From assembly GCA_025059535.1 (NCBI GenBank), contig JANXCX010000024.1, forward strand, positions 23,425 through 87,424: a stretch of DNA of 64,000 nucleotides. The letters run 5' to 3'. The DNA comes from Bacteroidia bacterium. Lineage in GTDB: Bacteria > Bacteroidota > Bacteroidia > SpSt-205. Below are positions 9,271 to 18,181 of the stretch, piece by piece. The position numbers and the translations under genes were made by a program. The stretch's first letter is position 1; every line of letters starts with the position of its first letter. The notes under the pieces were generated by a model, which had not been told where the DNA came from, did not search any database, and saw only the letters and a list, made by a program, of their open reading frames with translations.

Positions 9271-10134
9271 ATGAAAGCCCTGTTGCACCTTACAGATTTT
9301 TCCGAAACCGCAAAGGCAGCCTATGCCTATGCCGTTGAACTGGCGCGCCACCTGGGGAGTGCGCTGCATATAGCTCACGTATACGATCGCCCTTATGCCA
9401 GTATCGCTTATCAGGGTGGACTCTCCGCCATACTGGATAGCGAGCTGGATCGTAAGCTCCGGGAAGAGCTGCGCGCCTACCTGCGGGAATATGCGGCTTC
9501 CGTACCCCATGAGGGCCTGCACCTCTTCCTTCACCTCTTAGGGGATAAAACCGTATGGCGGCCGGATGAGTACTTAGAGGCAATGCCCGATGTGGGGCTT
9601 ATCGTAATGGGTACTCGGGGCGCCACTAGTTTATGGCACGGCGGACTCTTTGGCACTAATACGGCCCGCCTTATCCGCCACAGCCCTATCCCCGTTCTAG
9701 CCCTCCACCGCCAAAATACCTACAAGCCCTACCAAAAAGTCCTACTCCCCCTAGATATCTTTGAAGAAGAAGCCATGCTGTGGATGGTAAAGCAAGCGGT
9801 AGAGTTTCTGCGGCCATGGCCTAACGCTCAGCTCATCCTGCTAGTGATCAATACGCCCTATGTATTCTACGACACGCCTTCCATTGACCGCTTCGTAGGG
9901 CAGATTAAGGCCGAGGTTACCTACCCTGCTTTAGAATTGCGCATTTATAACGACATTTCCGTAGAAGAAGGGCTGAATCAGGCCATGCAGCGCGAGCAGG
10001 GGGATCTCCTAGTTATGGGCACGCATGCGCGCAAGGGCTTAGCTCAGCTTCTTTTTGGCAGCATTACGGAGAATGTAGCGCAGCATTTGACCTATCCCCT
10101 TCTCGCTTTCCCTCTGCCCAAATCGGGCAAGTAA
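9271..10134 (+). CDS. Universal stress protein, tandem UspA domains
   Basis: Two Usp modules. The first has LHIAHVYD...VMGTRGATSLWHGGLFGTNTARLIRHSPIPVLAL; the second has LLVMGTHARKGLAQLLFGSITENVAQHLTYPLLAF. Confidence 0.85.
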   Translation: MKALLHLTDFSETAKAAYAYAVELARHLGSALHIAHVYDRPYASIAYQGGLSAILDSELDRKLREELRAYLREYAASVPHEGLHLFLHLLGDKTVWRPDEYLEAMPDVGLIVMGTRGATSLWHGGLFGTNTARLIRHSPIPVLALHRQNTYKPYQKVLLPLDIFEEEAMLWMVKQAVEFLRPWPNAQLILLVINTPYVFYDTPSIDRFVGQIKAEVTYPALELRIYNDISVEEGLNQAMQREQGDLLVMGTHARKGLAQLLFGSITENVAQHLTYPLLAFPLPKSGK

Positions 10135-10151
10135 AAGCGCGGCATTTTTCT

Positions 10152-10159
10152 TACCTTTG
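10152..10159 (+). promoter_or_regulatory. TAccTTTG -7-like element immediately upstream of the tRNA
   Basis: TACCTTTG lies 7 nt before the first tRNA base. Candidate only. Confidence 0.3.
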
Positions 10160-10166
10160 GGGGCAT

Positions 10167-10240
10167 CGGGGAGTAGCTCAGCCCGGTAGAGCACTAGTTT
10201 AGGGGACTAGGGGTCGTGGGTTCAAATCCCGCCTCCCCGA
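10167..10240 (+). tRNA. tRNA-Pro-like (anticodon loop TTAGGGG; canonical positions 34-36 read AGG)
   Basis: Hand-folded cloverleaf: acceptor CGGGGAG/CTCCCCG with discriminator A, D-arm GCTC-AGCCCGGTA-GAGC, anticodon stem CTAGT/ACTAG, variable loop GGGTC, and T-arm GTGGG-TTCAAAT-CCCGC. The acceptor and D-arm closely resemble bacterial tRNA-Pro. No CCA is encoded. Confidence 0.75.
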
Positions 10241-10277
10241 CATTACGTGCACCTTTATCTACCTTTGTGGGTGCGCT

Positions 10278-11192
10278 ATGGCCCCAGCAAAGGTGGCTTC
10301 TCCCAAGCCTATCTTTGGACGCGCGGCGACATGGGCGGAAGCTCCTCTAGTCCTTATCGCCGTACCTTGGGAAGGTGGGGTGTCCTTTCGTCGGGGCACC
10401 GCCCAAGCCCCAGAGCTTATCCGTCAAGTATCGGCCCAAATAGACTATTACCGATCTGAGTCTCCTGCCATCACTCAACTCCCCATCCACTGGGTAGAAC
10501 CGCCTTGGGACTTTCCCGCTTCGGCCGAAAAGGCCTACGAAACCACCGTGCTTCCCTACGTAATGGAGCGGGTCAGGCAAGCTGTAGAGGCTGGCAAAGT
10601 GTGGGGGCTGGTAGGCGGGGATCACAGCATCGCCTTAGGCGGCCACTACGTGTTAGACCAAATAGCCCCCGGTTACGGTCTGCTTCACCTAGATGGGCAT
10701 GCAGATCTACGCCCTACCTACGAAGGCAACCCCTATTCCCATGCTACGATTCTCTATCATGCGGCTCATCTCAAAGGCATTGAGAGCCTTGTGGCGGTGG
10801 GCATTCGGGATTGGGCGGCGGAAGAGGCGCAGCTAGCTCAGCAGCTAGCCCCGCGGCTCACCCTCTTTGAGATGCGGCGCCTACGCCACGCCCTCTACCA
10901 CGGTCGCACTTGGGCCGAATTAGTCGGCGAAATCCTTAGCCCCCTGCCCGAAAGGGTTTATGTTAGCCTCGACGTAGATGTCCTTGAACCAGGCTACGTA
11001 CCCCACACGGGCACCCCTGTACCAGGCGGCTTCCAATATGAAGAAGTGTTCTTTCTCCTAGAAGCTATTGTACGATCCGGCCGAAAAATTATAGCCTTTG
11101 ACGTGTGTGAGACGGGAGGTATGGAGCTGGATGCTATTATTGCGGCCCATTTACTCTATCGTCTGTGTGCCCTCGCCATAGGTTTAGCCTAG
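10278..11192 (+). CDS. Arginase/agmatinase/formiminoglutamase (ureohydrolase) family protein
   Basis: The Mn-binding motifs GGDHSIA, DGHADL and SLDVDVLEP place it in the ureohydrolase family. Confidence 0.8.
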   Translation: MAPAKVASPKPIFGRAATWAEAPLVLIAVPWEGGVSFRRGTAQAPELIRQVSAQIDYYRSESPAITQLPIHWVEPPWDFPASAEKAYETTVLPYVMERVRQAVEAGKVWGLVGGDHSIALGGHYVLDQIAPGYGLLHLDGHADLRPTYEGNPYSHATILYHAAHLKGIESLVAVGIRDWAAEEAQLAQQLAPRLTLFEMRRLRHALYHGRTWAELVGEILSPLPERVYVSLDVDVLEPGYVPHTGTPVPGGFQYEEVFFLLEAIVRSGRKIIAFDVCETGGMELDAIIAAHLLYRLCALAIGLA

Positions 11193-11197
11193 GCTAT

Positions 11198-12865
11198 ATG
11201 GGCAAAAGGCTATTTGGGCTATGCGCTGGGCTAATGCCTCTGACAGCCTGCGCCCAAAAGGAGGTTTCAGCCATATTCCACGGCCGCCCCACCTATACGC
11301 GCGCCGATACCCTATTAGGTAGCCTTAACCCCTACCGAAGCTGCTACGATGTCGTGCATTATGACCTTAACTTACGCCTTTCGCCCGCTCGCCCTTATGT
11401 AGAAGGCGAAGTAACCTGTACTTTTCGCTGGCTAGGCGGGGCCGACACCCTCCAGATAGACCTACTGGAATCTTTCAAGGTACAGGGCGTATGGCTAGAA
11501 GGGCAATCCCTGCCTTTTCAGCGGGTACGCGGCACACGGGCGATCTGGATACCCCTTTCAAGGGTCAAGGCTCAGCTTCAAAAGGGCCAGCTGTATAGGT
11601 GGAAGGTAGCGTATGCGGGGCGGCTCCAGCTGGCGCCGCGGCCGCCCTGGGAGGGCGGCTTCGTACGCGACAAAACGCCCTCTGGGGAACCATGGCTGGG
11701 CTTTGCCTGCCAGGGCCTCGGCGCCAGCATCTGGTGGCCCCTCAAAGACCACCTCTCCGATAAACCCGATAGCGCCCAGCTCACCTTCTGCCTACCTCCG
11801 CCCTTCCGTGTCATCGCTAATGGGATCTACCAGCGCCATTTCCCCCGCAAAAAGGATACCTGCTTCACCTACCGCGTAAGCCATCCGATTAACACCTATA
11901 ATATCACTTTTTATGCCGCCCCAGCCTATCTAATTCATGAGGATACCTTTCAGTCCGCTAGTGGAAGGACTTTGCCTCTGCGCTTCGCTGTACTTCCTGT
12001 TCATGCTTCTAAGATACCCTACCTGGTGCAGCATGCCCATAGGGTACTGCGCGCAATGGAGCACTTCTTCGGGCCTTTCCCCCATCAGCAAGACGGCTAT
12101 GGGCTAGTGGAGGCGCCCTACTACGGCATGGAACACCAGAGCGCCATCGCCTATGGTAATCAGTTTAGGACCGACCCACAATGGGGATTTGACTACATTA
12201 TTCTCCACGAGTCGGGGCATGAGTGGTGGGGCAATCATGTCAGCGCCAGCGATAACGCCGACCTGTGGATTCAAGAAGGATTCTGCACATATGCCGAAGC
12301 GCTCTACTTAGAGTATTACCAAGGTGCGCAAGCCGCTCAGCGCTACCTCAATCAGCAGCGCACCCTTATTCAAAATCGCCTGACTATCCAAGGACCACCC
12401 GGCGTAAATGCCGACCAAACGCACAATACCGATATCTACTACAAAATGGCCTGGGTGCTCCACACCCTGCGCAGCCGCCTGGCAAATGACTCGCTATGGT
12501 TTGCCTGCCTGCGCGCTATCCAGCAGCACTTCGCCTACCAGGCTATTACGGGAAGCGAGCTGATTCGGTTCATGAGTAATTTCTTAGGCGAAGATTTGGA
12601 GCCTTTCTTTAGGGCTTATCTAAATTATTTGCGTCCCCCGCTTATTTCCTTCAAGGTGGTGCGGGAGGAGGGGCAGGCTTATCTCGTGGCGCGCTGGATT
12701 ACGGAGGAGCCAAATTTCGCGGGGCCCATGGAGTTCTTAGTAGATGGCCAACGGCTGCGCGTCTTTCTCACCCAGACGGCTACCAAGATACCATTGCTTG
12801 CAAAGGCGGAAGTAGTGATACCCGACCGAAATAGGTATCTGGTTATACCCGTAGCGGAGCCATGA
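11198..12865 (+). CDS. M1-family (gluzincin) zinc aminopeptidase-like lipoprotein
   Basis: Lipoprotein signal MGKRLFGLCAGLMPLTAC. A GMEH (GAMEN-like) motif, then HESGHEWWGN...QEGF, i.e. HExxH-(18)-E. The ORF track starts at an upstream GTG at 11165. Confidence 0.7.
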   Translation: MGKRLFGLCAGLMPLTACAQKEVSAIFHGRPTYTRADTLLGSLNPYRSCYDVVHYDLNLRLSPARPYVEGEVTCTFRWLGGADTLQIDLLESFKVQGVWLEGQSLPFQRVRGTRAIWIPLSRVKAQLQKGQLYRWKVAYAGRLQLAPRPPWEGGFVRDKTPSGEPWLGFACQGLGASIWWPLKDHLSDKPDSAQLTFCLPPPFRVIANGIYQRHFPRKKDTCFTYRVSHPINTYNITFYAAPAYLIHEDTFQSASGRTLPLRFAVLPVHASKIPYLVQHAHRVLRAMEHFFGPFPHQQDGYGLVEAPYYGMEHQSAIAYGNQFRTDPQWGFDYIILHESGHEWWGNHVSASDNADLWIQEGFCTYAEALYLEYYQGAQAAQRYLNQQRTLIQNRLTIQGPPGVNADQTHNTDIYYKMAWVLHTLRSRLANDSLWFACLRAIQQHFAYQAITGSELIRFMSNFLGEDLEPFFRAYLNYLRPPLISFKVVREEGQAYLVARWITEEPNFAGPMEFLVDGQRLRVFLTQTATKIPLLAKAEVVIPDRNRYLVIPVAEP

Positions 12866-13395
12866 GTGCCGTATGGGAAGCCATGGCGGTAACCCCATGG
12901 CAAGTGGAGGATTTAGATAGATGGACCCAACAGGCGGTAGCGCGTGGGGCTACGGCGGTGGTACTTCGGCTAGCGCATCCCCCTACGGGCGAGGTTTTAT
13001 GGCACTGGGCGCGCCGCTGGGAGGGGCTCCCTTGGCTCGTACATGCACGTTGGGCTACTCAGCCTATGGGATGGGGCATGCATTTTCCGGCGCCGCCCCT
13101 TCCGCCAGGTCCAAAACCCCACCCTACTTACCTCTGGGGCCAATCCTGCCATAGCCCAGAAGAAGTGGGTCAGGCGGCCCCTTGGGCTTCCTACGTGTGG
13201 CTTAGCGGCTTTTTCCCCACGCCTAGTCACCCCAGCCACCCGCCCCGCTTTGAACTAAAAGACCTAGCCGAGATCTGCCAGCGCTTCGCCCCACTTCCTA
13301 TCGTAGTTATAGGCGGGGTAACCACCCAAGCCCAAATTGAGCTTATACGCCAGGCCGGCGCGGCCGGTTTCGCCGCTATCCGATACTTCCTTTGA
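12862..13395 (+). CDS. Thiamine-phosphate synthase (ThiE/TenI family)-like protein
   Basis: AVVLRLAHPPTGE..., GQSCHSPEEV, YVWLSGFFPTPSHP and PIVVIGGVTTQAQIELIRQAGAAGFAAI match the ThiE/TenI barrel signature. It is shorter than usual at 177 aa. Confidence 0.5.
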   Translation: MSAVWEAMAVTPWQVEDLDRWTQQAVARGATAVVLRLAHPPTGEVLWHWARRWEGLPWLVHARWATQPMGWGMHFPAPPLPPGPKPHPTYLWGQSCHSPEEVGQAAPWASYVWLSGFFPTPSHPSHPPRFELKDLAEICQRFAPLPIVVIGGVTTQAQIELIRQAGAAGFAAIRYFL

Positions 13396-14515
13396 ACTGC
13401 CGGCCACTCCGCTCTGCCCGCGCAATCAGAAGAAACTCCGCTATATTCTCCACCTCTACAATCCCCAAAAGGCGCCCATTTTGAACTACTAAAAGAAAGG
13501 GCTTTTGGGTCTCCTGCAGAAGCCGAAATCCCTCTTGAAGCGGGAGGGTAGGTACTACGCTTATGAGCTCCCTATCCATAACCTCATGCAGAGGTGTGGC
13601 ACGCGGTTTCCCTTCCCCTAATGCCTCTATAATCTGCTCCCGTGAGAGGCTGCCTACCGGTAGACCTAAGGGATCCACAACTAAGAAAGCTTTTGCCTGA
13701 GAAGCTAAAAGGGCCTGAATCGCATCCCCCAAAGTATAGTGCACGGAAAGCGTAGGCACCTCACGCAAGAGTACATCCCTCACCGTAAAGCCTTCCATAG
13801 AACTGCGCTGCTCCACTTGGCTGCGCTCCTGCCAAGCCGCTATAAATACAAAAAATCCTACCAAGAAAAGCGAGGGTGTGCCATAAAGGCCAAGAATTAC
13901 AAATAGTATGGCAAAGCCTTGGCCTATATAGGCAGCAATTTGCGTGGCTCGCACATAGGAAAGCCGCGTGGCTAATAAGGCTCGCAGCACGCGTCCCCCA
14001 TCCATAGGAAAAGCGGGAATGAGATTAAAGAGGCCCAAGACTAAATTCATTACCAGAAAGGTGCGCAGAAACATAGGGAGAGAAGGTAACTCGCTAAGCG
14101 AGCGGGTAAGTTCCCCTTTCCCCAGTAGCAGCGGCGCTTCTAAGAGAACAAGGCCCAAGTAAGTCAGACCGATGAGCAGGAAATTTACTGCAGGACCGGC
14201 CAAGGCTACGAGGAGTTCATGAAAGGGCTTTTCAGGAAGGCGCACTAAAGAAGCGACGCCGCCAAAAGGGTACATGGTAATGTCGCGCGTTTGGATGCCA
14301 AAGGCCTGCGCCGCAAAGGCATGCCCCAGCTCGTGTAGGATCACGCTGGCCACCAGCCCCCCCAGAAGTATAAGCCGCGCCGCTAAAAGGGCCAGGCTAA
14401 AATAAGGCGATAAAAAGGTCTCCACCGCTATCCAAAGCAGGAGAAGCCAGAAGCTCCAGTGAAGGTAAATCGGAATACCCCTCACCACCGCCAAACGCAG
14501 GGTAAAGCGATCCAT
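13376..14515 (-). CDS. Site-2 protease family (M50) membrane metalloprotease with tandem CBS domains
   Basis: HELGHAF, the HExxH motif, sits within a TM region, followed by MYPFGGV and then two CBS-like repeats. Confidence 0.8.
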   Translation of the reverse strand: MDRFTLRLAVVRGIPIYLHWSFWLLLLWIAVETFLSPYFSLALLAARLILLGGLVASVILHELGHAFAAQAFGIQTRDITMYPFGGVASLVRLPEKPFHELLVALAGPAVNFLLIGLTYLGLVLLEAPLLLGKGELTRSLSELPSLPMFLRTFLVMNLVLGLFNLIPAFPMDGGRVLRALLATRLSYVRATQIAAYIGQGFAILFVILGLYGTPSLFLVGFFVFIAAWQERSQVEQRSSMEGFTVRDVLLREVPTLSVHYTLGDAIQALLASQAKAFLVVDPLGLPVGSLSREQIIEALGEGKPRATPLHEVMDRELISVVPTLPLQEGFRLLQETQKPFLLVVQNGRLLGIVEVENIAEFLLIARAERSGRQFKGSIG

Positions 14516-14576
14516 TCTGCATAAAGTTAGGCTTTTTAGGTGGCGCGAGATAAGGGCGAGCGCCTATCTTCGCCTT

Positions 14577-15632
14577 ATGCGCCGTGTATGGGTTACAGGT
14601 GGGGCAGGTTTCATCGGGAGTCACTTGGTGCGTTGGCTTGTCCGACACTACCCGCACTGGGCGATTCACACCTTAGACGCTCTTACTTACGCGGGGCATT
14701 TAGCTAATCTGGAAGACCTTCAAGGCGCTCCCAATCATCACTTTCATCAGGTAAATATCGCTGATCGGGCGGCTCTAGAGGCGCTTTGGGAGAGTGTGCC
14801 GCCGGATTGGATCTTCCATCTGGCGGCCGAAAGTCATGTAGACCGCAGCATTCTCTCTCCCCTGGACTTCGTGCATACTAACATTGTGGGTACTGCGGTG
14901 CTTCTAGAGCTAGCGCGCCATCGCTGGACTGACAAAACCGACAAGCTCTTTTATCACGTCTCTACGGATGAGGTTTATGGCAGCCTTGGGGAGGAGGGGT
15001 ATTTTACCGAAGAGACACCTTATGCACCGCGCAGCCCTTATGCCGCCTCCAAAGCGGCGGCCGACCATTTAGTGCGGGCCTACGGCCATACCTATGGCCT
15101 GCCTTATATCATCAGTAATTGCGGCAATAACTACGGCCCCTACCAATTTCCCGAAAAACTTATCCCCCTTACCATCATGAACCTGATAGAGCGTCAGCCT
15201 ATCCCCGTATATGGCAAAGGCGAAAATATGCGCGACTGGATCTATGTAGAGGATCATGTGCGGGCAATTATACGGCTGGCGGAGCAGGCCCCGCGCGGCC
15301 GCACCTACCTCATCAGCGCCCAAAATGTACGCCGCAATAGAGAAGTAGTTGAGCTCCTCTGTGATCTGTATGACGCGCTTAGAGGCACTAAGGACTCCCG
15401 TCGGCTTATTCGGTTTGTGCAGGATCGGCCTGGCCATGACTACCGCTACGCCCTCCAGCCCTCCTCTACCCTACTGGACCTAGGCTGGCAACCTGAAGTA
15501 GACTTCCATGAGGGCCTGCGCCAAACCCTTGAGTGGTATCAAACGCACCAGAGCTGGCTGAATGCCGTCCGAACAAGCGCCTACCACACCTACTATCAAA
15601 AGCAATATGCCCATAGACTATCCTCTTCCTAA
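14577..15632 (+). CDS. rfbB: dTDP-glucose 4,6-dehydratase
   Basis: GGAGFIGS Rossmann motif, YHVSTDEVYG, and YAASKAAADHLVRAY (the YxxxK catalytic motif). It aligns along its whole length with the RmlB pattern. Confidence 0.9.
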   Translation: MRRVWVTGGAGFIGSHLVRWLVRHYPHWAIHTLDALTYAGHLANLEDLQGAPNHHFHQVNIADRAALEALWESVPPDWIFHLAAESHVDRSILSPLDFVHTNIVGTAVLLELARHRWTDKTDKLFYHVSTDEVYGSLGEEGYFTEETPYAPRSPYAASKAAADHLVRAYGHTYGLPYIISNCGNNYGPYQFPEKLIPLTIMNLIERQPIPVYGKGENMRDWIYVEDHVRAIIRLAEQAPRGRTYLISAQNVRRNREVVELLCDLYDALRGTKDSRRLIRFVQDRPGHDYRYALQPSSTLLDLGWQPEVDFHEGLRQTLEWYQTHQSWLNAVRTSAYHTYYQKQYAHRLSSS

Positions 15633-15638
15633 ATTTGT

Positions 15639-16037
15639 ATGCCTATGCCAAAAAAGCGTATCCTCTGCGTAGACGATGAAAAGGTAGTGCTGAATACCCT
15701 CATGGGTCAGCTCTATCAGGCCTTCGGAAACCGCTACCTTTACGAATCTTTCACTAGCGCCGAGGAGGCGGAGGAATTCATAGACGAGGTCTATGCCGAA
15801 GGTGAAAATGTAGACCTCATCATTTGCGATTGGCTTATGCCGCGCATCAAGGGTGATGAATTCCTTGTGCGCGTCCGCAAGCGCTTCCCCGACTTAGCTC
15901 TAATTATGCTCTCAGGACAGGCTAATCCCGAAGCCATAGAACGTGCCAAGCAAGAAGCTAAAATTCTGGCCTTTGTTCAAAAACCTTGGGACAAGGATGA
16001 GCTAATGGGGCTAATTCAGAAGGCCCTGGAAGGATGA
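15639..16037 (+). CDS. Stand-alone response-regulator receiver (CheY-like), first of two
   Basis: The DD pair (CVDDE), the phospho-acceptor D in LIICDWLMP, and the K in FVQKPWD are present. 132 aa with no output domain. Confidence 0.85.
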   Translation: MPMPKKRILCVDDEKVVLNTLMGQLYQAFGNRYLYESFTSAEEAEEFIDEVYAEGENVDLIICDWLMPRIKGDEFLVRVRKRFPDLALIMLSGQANPEAIERAKQEAKILAFVQKPWDKDELMGLIQKALEG

Positions 16038-16444
16038 GCCGGCCCGTCTTACTTTTTGTAGATGATGAAAAATTCGTATTAGACACACTTTTAGTGCAGG
16101 TGCGCTCGGCCTTTGGGGAGCGGTATGACTATGAAGTGGCCCAAAGCGCCGAAGAAGCCTGGGAAATTCTCCATGAGTATAAGGAAAGCCAGCGGCGCAT
16201 CGTCCTCCTTATTAGCGATTGGCTCATGCCGCTTGAGAAAGGGGATAGCTTTCTCATACGCGTGGCAGAACGCTACCCGGATATCCGTCTGATTATGCTT
16301 TCGGCTTATGCGGATGAGGCAGCTATTGCGCGCGCCCAGCGCTACGCCAACCTCACCGCCTTCCTTCGTAAGCCTTGGGAGCGTCATCACCTCCTTCAAA
16401 CTATCCAAGAGGCCCTGACCGATGAAAAGCCTAAAATGGATTAA
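16034..16444 (+). CDS. Stand-alone response-regulator receiver (CheY-like), second of two
   Basis: FVDDE, LLISDWLMP and FLRKPWE. It overlaps the first receiver by 4 bp and is paralogous to it. Confidence 0.85.
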   Translation: MSRPVLLFVDDEKFVLDTLLVQVRSAFGERYDYEVAQSAEEAWEILHEYKESQRRIVLLISDWLMPLEKGDSFLIRVAERYPDIRLIMLSAYADEAAIARAQRYANLTAFLRKPWERHHLLQTIQEALTDEKPKMD

Positions 16445-16534
16445 GAGAGCTGCCCTCTTAGCTACTCTATTCTTCCTTATCAAGGGACTTTTTTGGCTTG
16501 CTTTAGCTGCAAGCACGCTCTATTTTTGTAGCCG

Positions 16535-18181
16535 GTGAAAGCCGAGGCTATCTCCTTAGCTCAGCTTACCTGGCATCCCGACGATACGCTAGCGCAGTGG
16601 AGTGGCCGATTTTTGCAACTCCTTCATAGTAGCTTACCTTTACTCTCGGCCGCCCTTTATGGGGAAGTAGCGGAGGGTACCTACGAATTCCTTGGCGGAT
16701 ATGCTCTCACCCAGCCATCCAAGCCGAGCTTTCAACTTTGCGAAGGCCTAATAGGAGAGGTAGCTTATACCCAAAGGCCAACCCTCCATCCCTTGGGAAA
16801 TACAACGCCTATGCCTGTAGGGTTTGGCCTTCTGGCCCCTCAATTCTACTGGGCTTACCCTTGGGTGTATCAGAATCGCACCGTCGCCGTGGTAGAGGCG
16901 TCCCTCTGGCGCCCTTTCTCCGAAGCCGAAACCACCTGGCTGGAAAGTAATTACTCCCTCCTCAGCATGCTGCTAAGTAGTACCCTTCAGCAGGAACGCA
17001 TCCAGCGGCTTCTGGCCGAACAACGCCGCCAGAATCAGCTTCTTCAGGAAAACCTCGCCCAGCTGGAACAAGTCAAAGCCGAACTGAGTACCCTAAACCT
17101 CTCCCTAGAGGCCCGCGTAGCCGAGCGTACGCAAGAATTGCGTAAAGCCTTAGACGACCTGCGCACAGCCCAAGAGCAGCTTATCCTCTCCGAAAAGATG
17201 GCGGCCTTAGGCCAACTTGTAGCCGGCGTAGCCCATGAGATCAATAGCCCCTTAGGGGCGATCAAAGGCTCCGCTGAAACGCTCTTAGAAGCCCTGCCGC
17301 GCCTGCTGGGGCTAATAGCCAAGCTAGGCACCGCCGACAGTGCCGCCCTCCATACGACCTTAAAGGGGCTGCAAAAGTACTTCCAGCGCGGCGACCGCCC
17401 CATCCTAACCTCCCGTGAGGAGCGCAGCTGGCGGCGCATTTATACCCAAAAGCTAGCCGAAGCGGGCCTAAATGACGCCGACGCCCTCGCCCGCCAACTT
17501 GTAGAATCAGGCCTCATTATGGAGGACCTCTCCGAACTCCTCCCCCTGCTAGCCTATCCAGAAGGCGGCGAGGTAATTTACCTTTTAGGCCAGCTCAAGC
17601 TGCAACTGGACAATATCGTCTTAGCGGCCAATCGCACCCGCAAAACCGTCTTTGCCCTCAAAAGTTACGCTCATACCTCCGACCATGCCCATCCCACACT
17701 TACCCGTCTGGACGAGTCTATCGAAACTATCCTTACCCTCTACCAAAATCAGCTCAAGCAAGGGATCACCGTGCATACCACCTACGACCCAGAGGTACCG
17801 CCTCTCTACCTCTTTGCCGATGAAGTAGGCCAAATATGGACCAATCTCTTACAGAATGCCATTCAGGCTATGCAGGGCCAGGGTAAAATTGAGATTAGGG
17901 TAAAACTTGAAAATACGCACGTGCGGATAGACTTTATGGACAACGGCCCAGGCATACCTCCAGAGATTCTACCACGCATCTTTGAGCCTTTCTTTACTAC
18001 TAAACCCAAAGGAGAGGGCACTGGCCTGGGTCTGGACATTTGCCGCCGCATCGTAGAAAAGCATAGAGGGCGCCTTACCGTCCAAAGTCAGCCCGGCCAA
18101 ACTACCTTTTCGGTATATTTTCCTTTGTCGCTGTCTCAGCCGAATTGGTACGCCCATGAACCTACTGCTGAAAGGGTTTGA
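16535..18181 (+). CDS. Soluble sensor histidine kinase (N-terminal GAF-like domain, coiled coil, HisKA, HATPase_c)
   Basis: GTG start. GAF-like N-terminus with no TM segments. H-box LVAGVAHEINSPLGAI, N-box QIWTNLLQNAIQAM, G1 DNGPGIP, G2 GEGTGLGLDICRRIV. About 150 aa are inserted between the H-box and the N-box. Confidence 0.85.
   Translation: MKAEAISLAQLTWHPDDTLAQWSGRFLQLLHSSLPLLSAALYGEVAEGTYEFLGGYALTQPSKPSFQLCEGLIGEVAYTQRPTLHPLGNTTPMPVGFGLLAPQFYWAYPWVYQNRTVAVVEASLWRPFSEAETTWLESNYSLLSMLLSSTLQQERIQRLLAEQRRQNQLLQENLAQLEQVKAELSTLNLSLEARVAERTQELRKALDDLRTAQEQLILSEKMAALGQLVAGVAHEINSPLGAIKGSAETLLEALPRLLGLIAKLGTADSAALHTTLKGLQKYFQRGDRPILTSREERSWRRIYTQKLAEAGLNDADALARQLVESGLIMEDLSELLPLLAYPEGGEVIYLLGQLKLQLDNIVLAANRTRKTVFALKSYAHTSDHAHPTLTRLDESIETILTLYQNQLKQGITVHTTYDPEVPPLYLFADEVGQIWTNLLQNAIQAMQGQGKIEIRVKLENTHVRIDFMDNGPGIPPEILPRIFEPFFTTKPKGEGTGLGLDICRRIVEKHRGRLTVQSQPGQTTFSVYFPLSLSQPNWYAHEPTAERV

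Noticed and set aside
10241-10277. Possible integrative element inserted next to the tRNA gene
   Set aside because: No integrase, no excisionase and no direct repeat of the tRNA 3' end appear downstream. The next gene is a housekeeping ureohydrolase.
10300-11200. One-base discrepancy between my manual position counts and the ORF-track coordinates in this interval
   Set aside because: Most likely my counting error. Track coordinates were used for the CDS entries and the motif coordinates carry a plus or minus 1 caveat. It was not treated as an indel.
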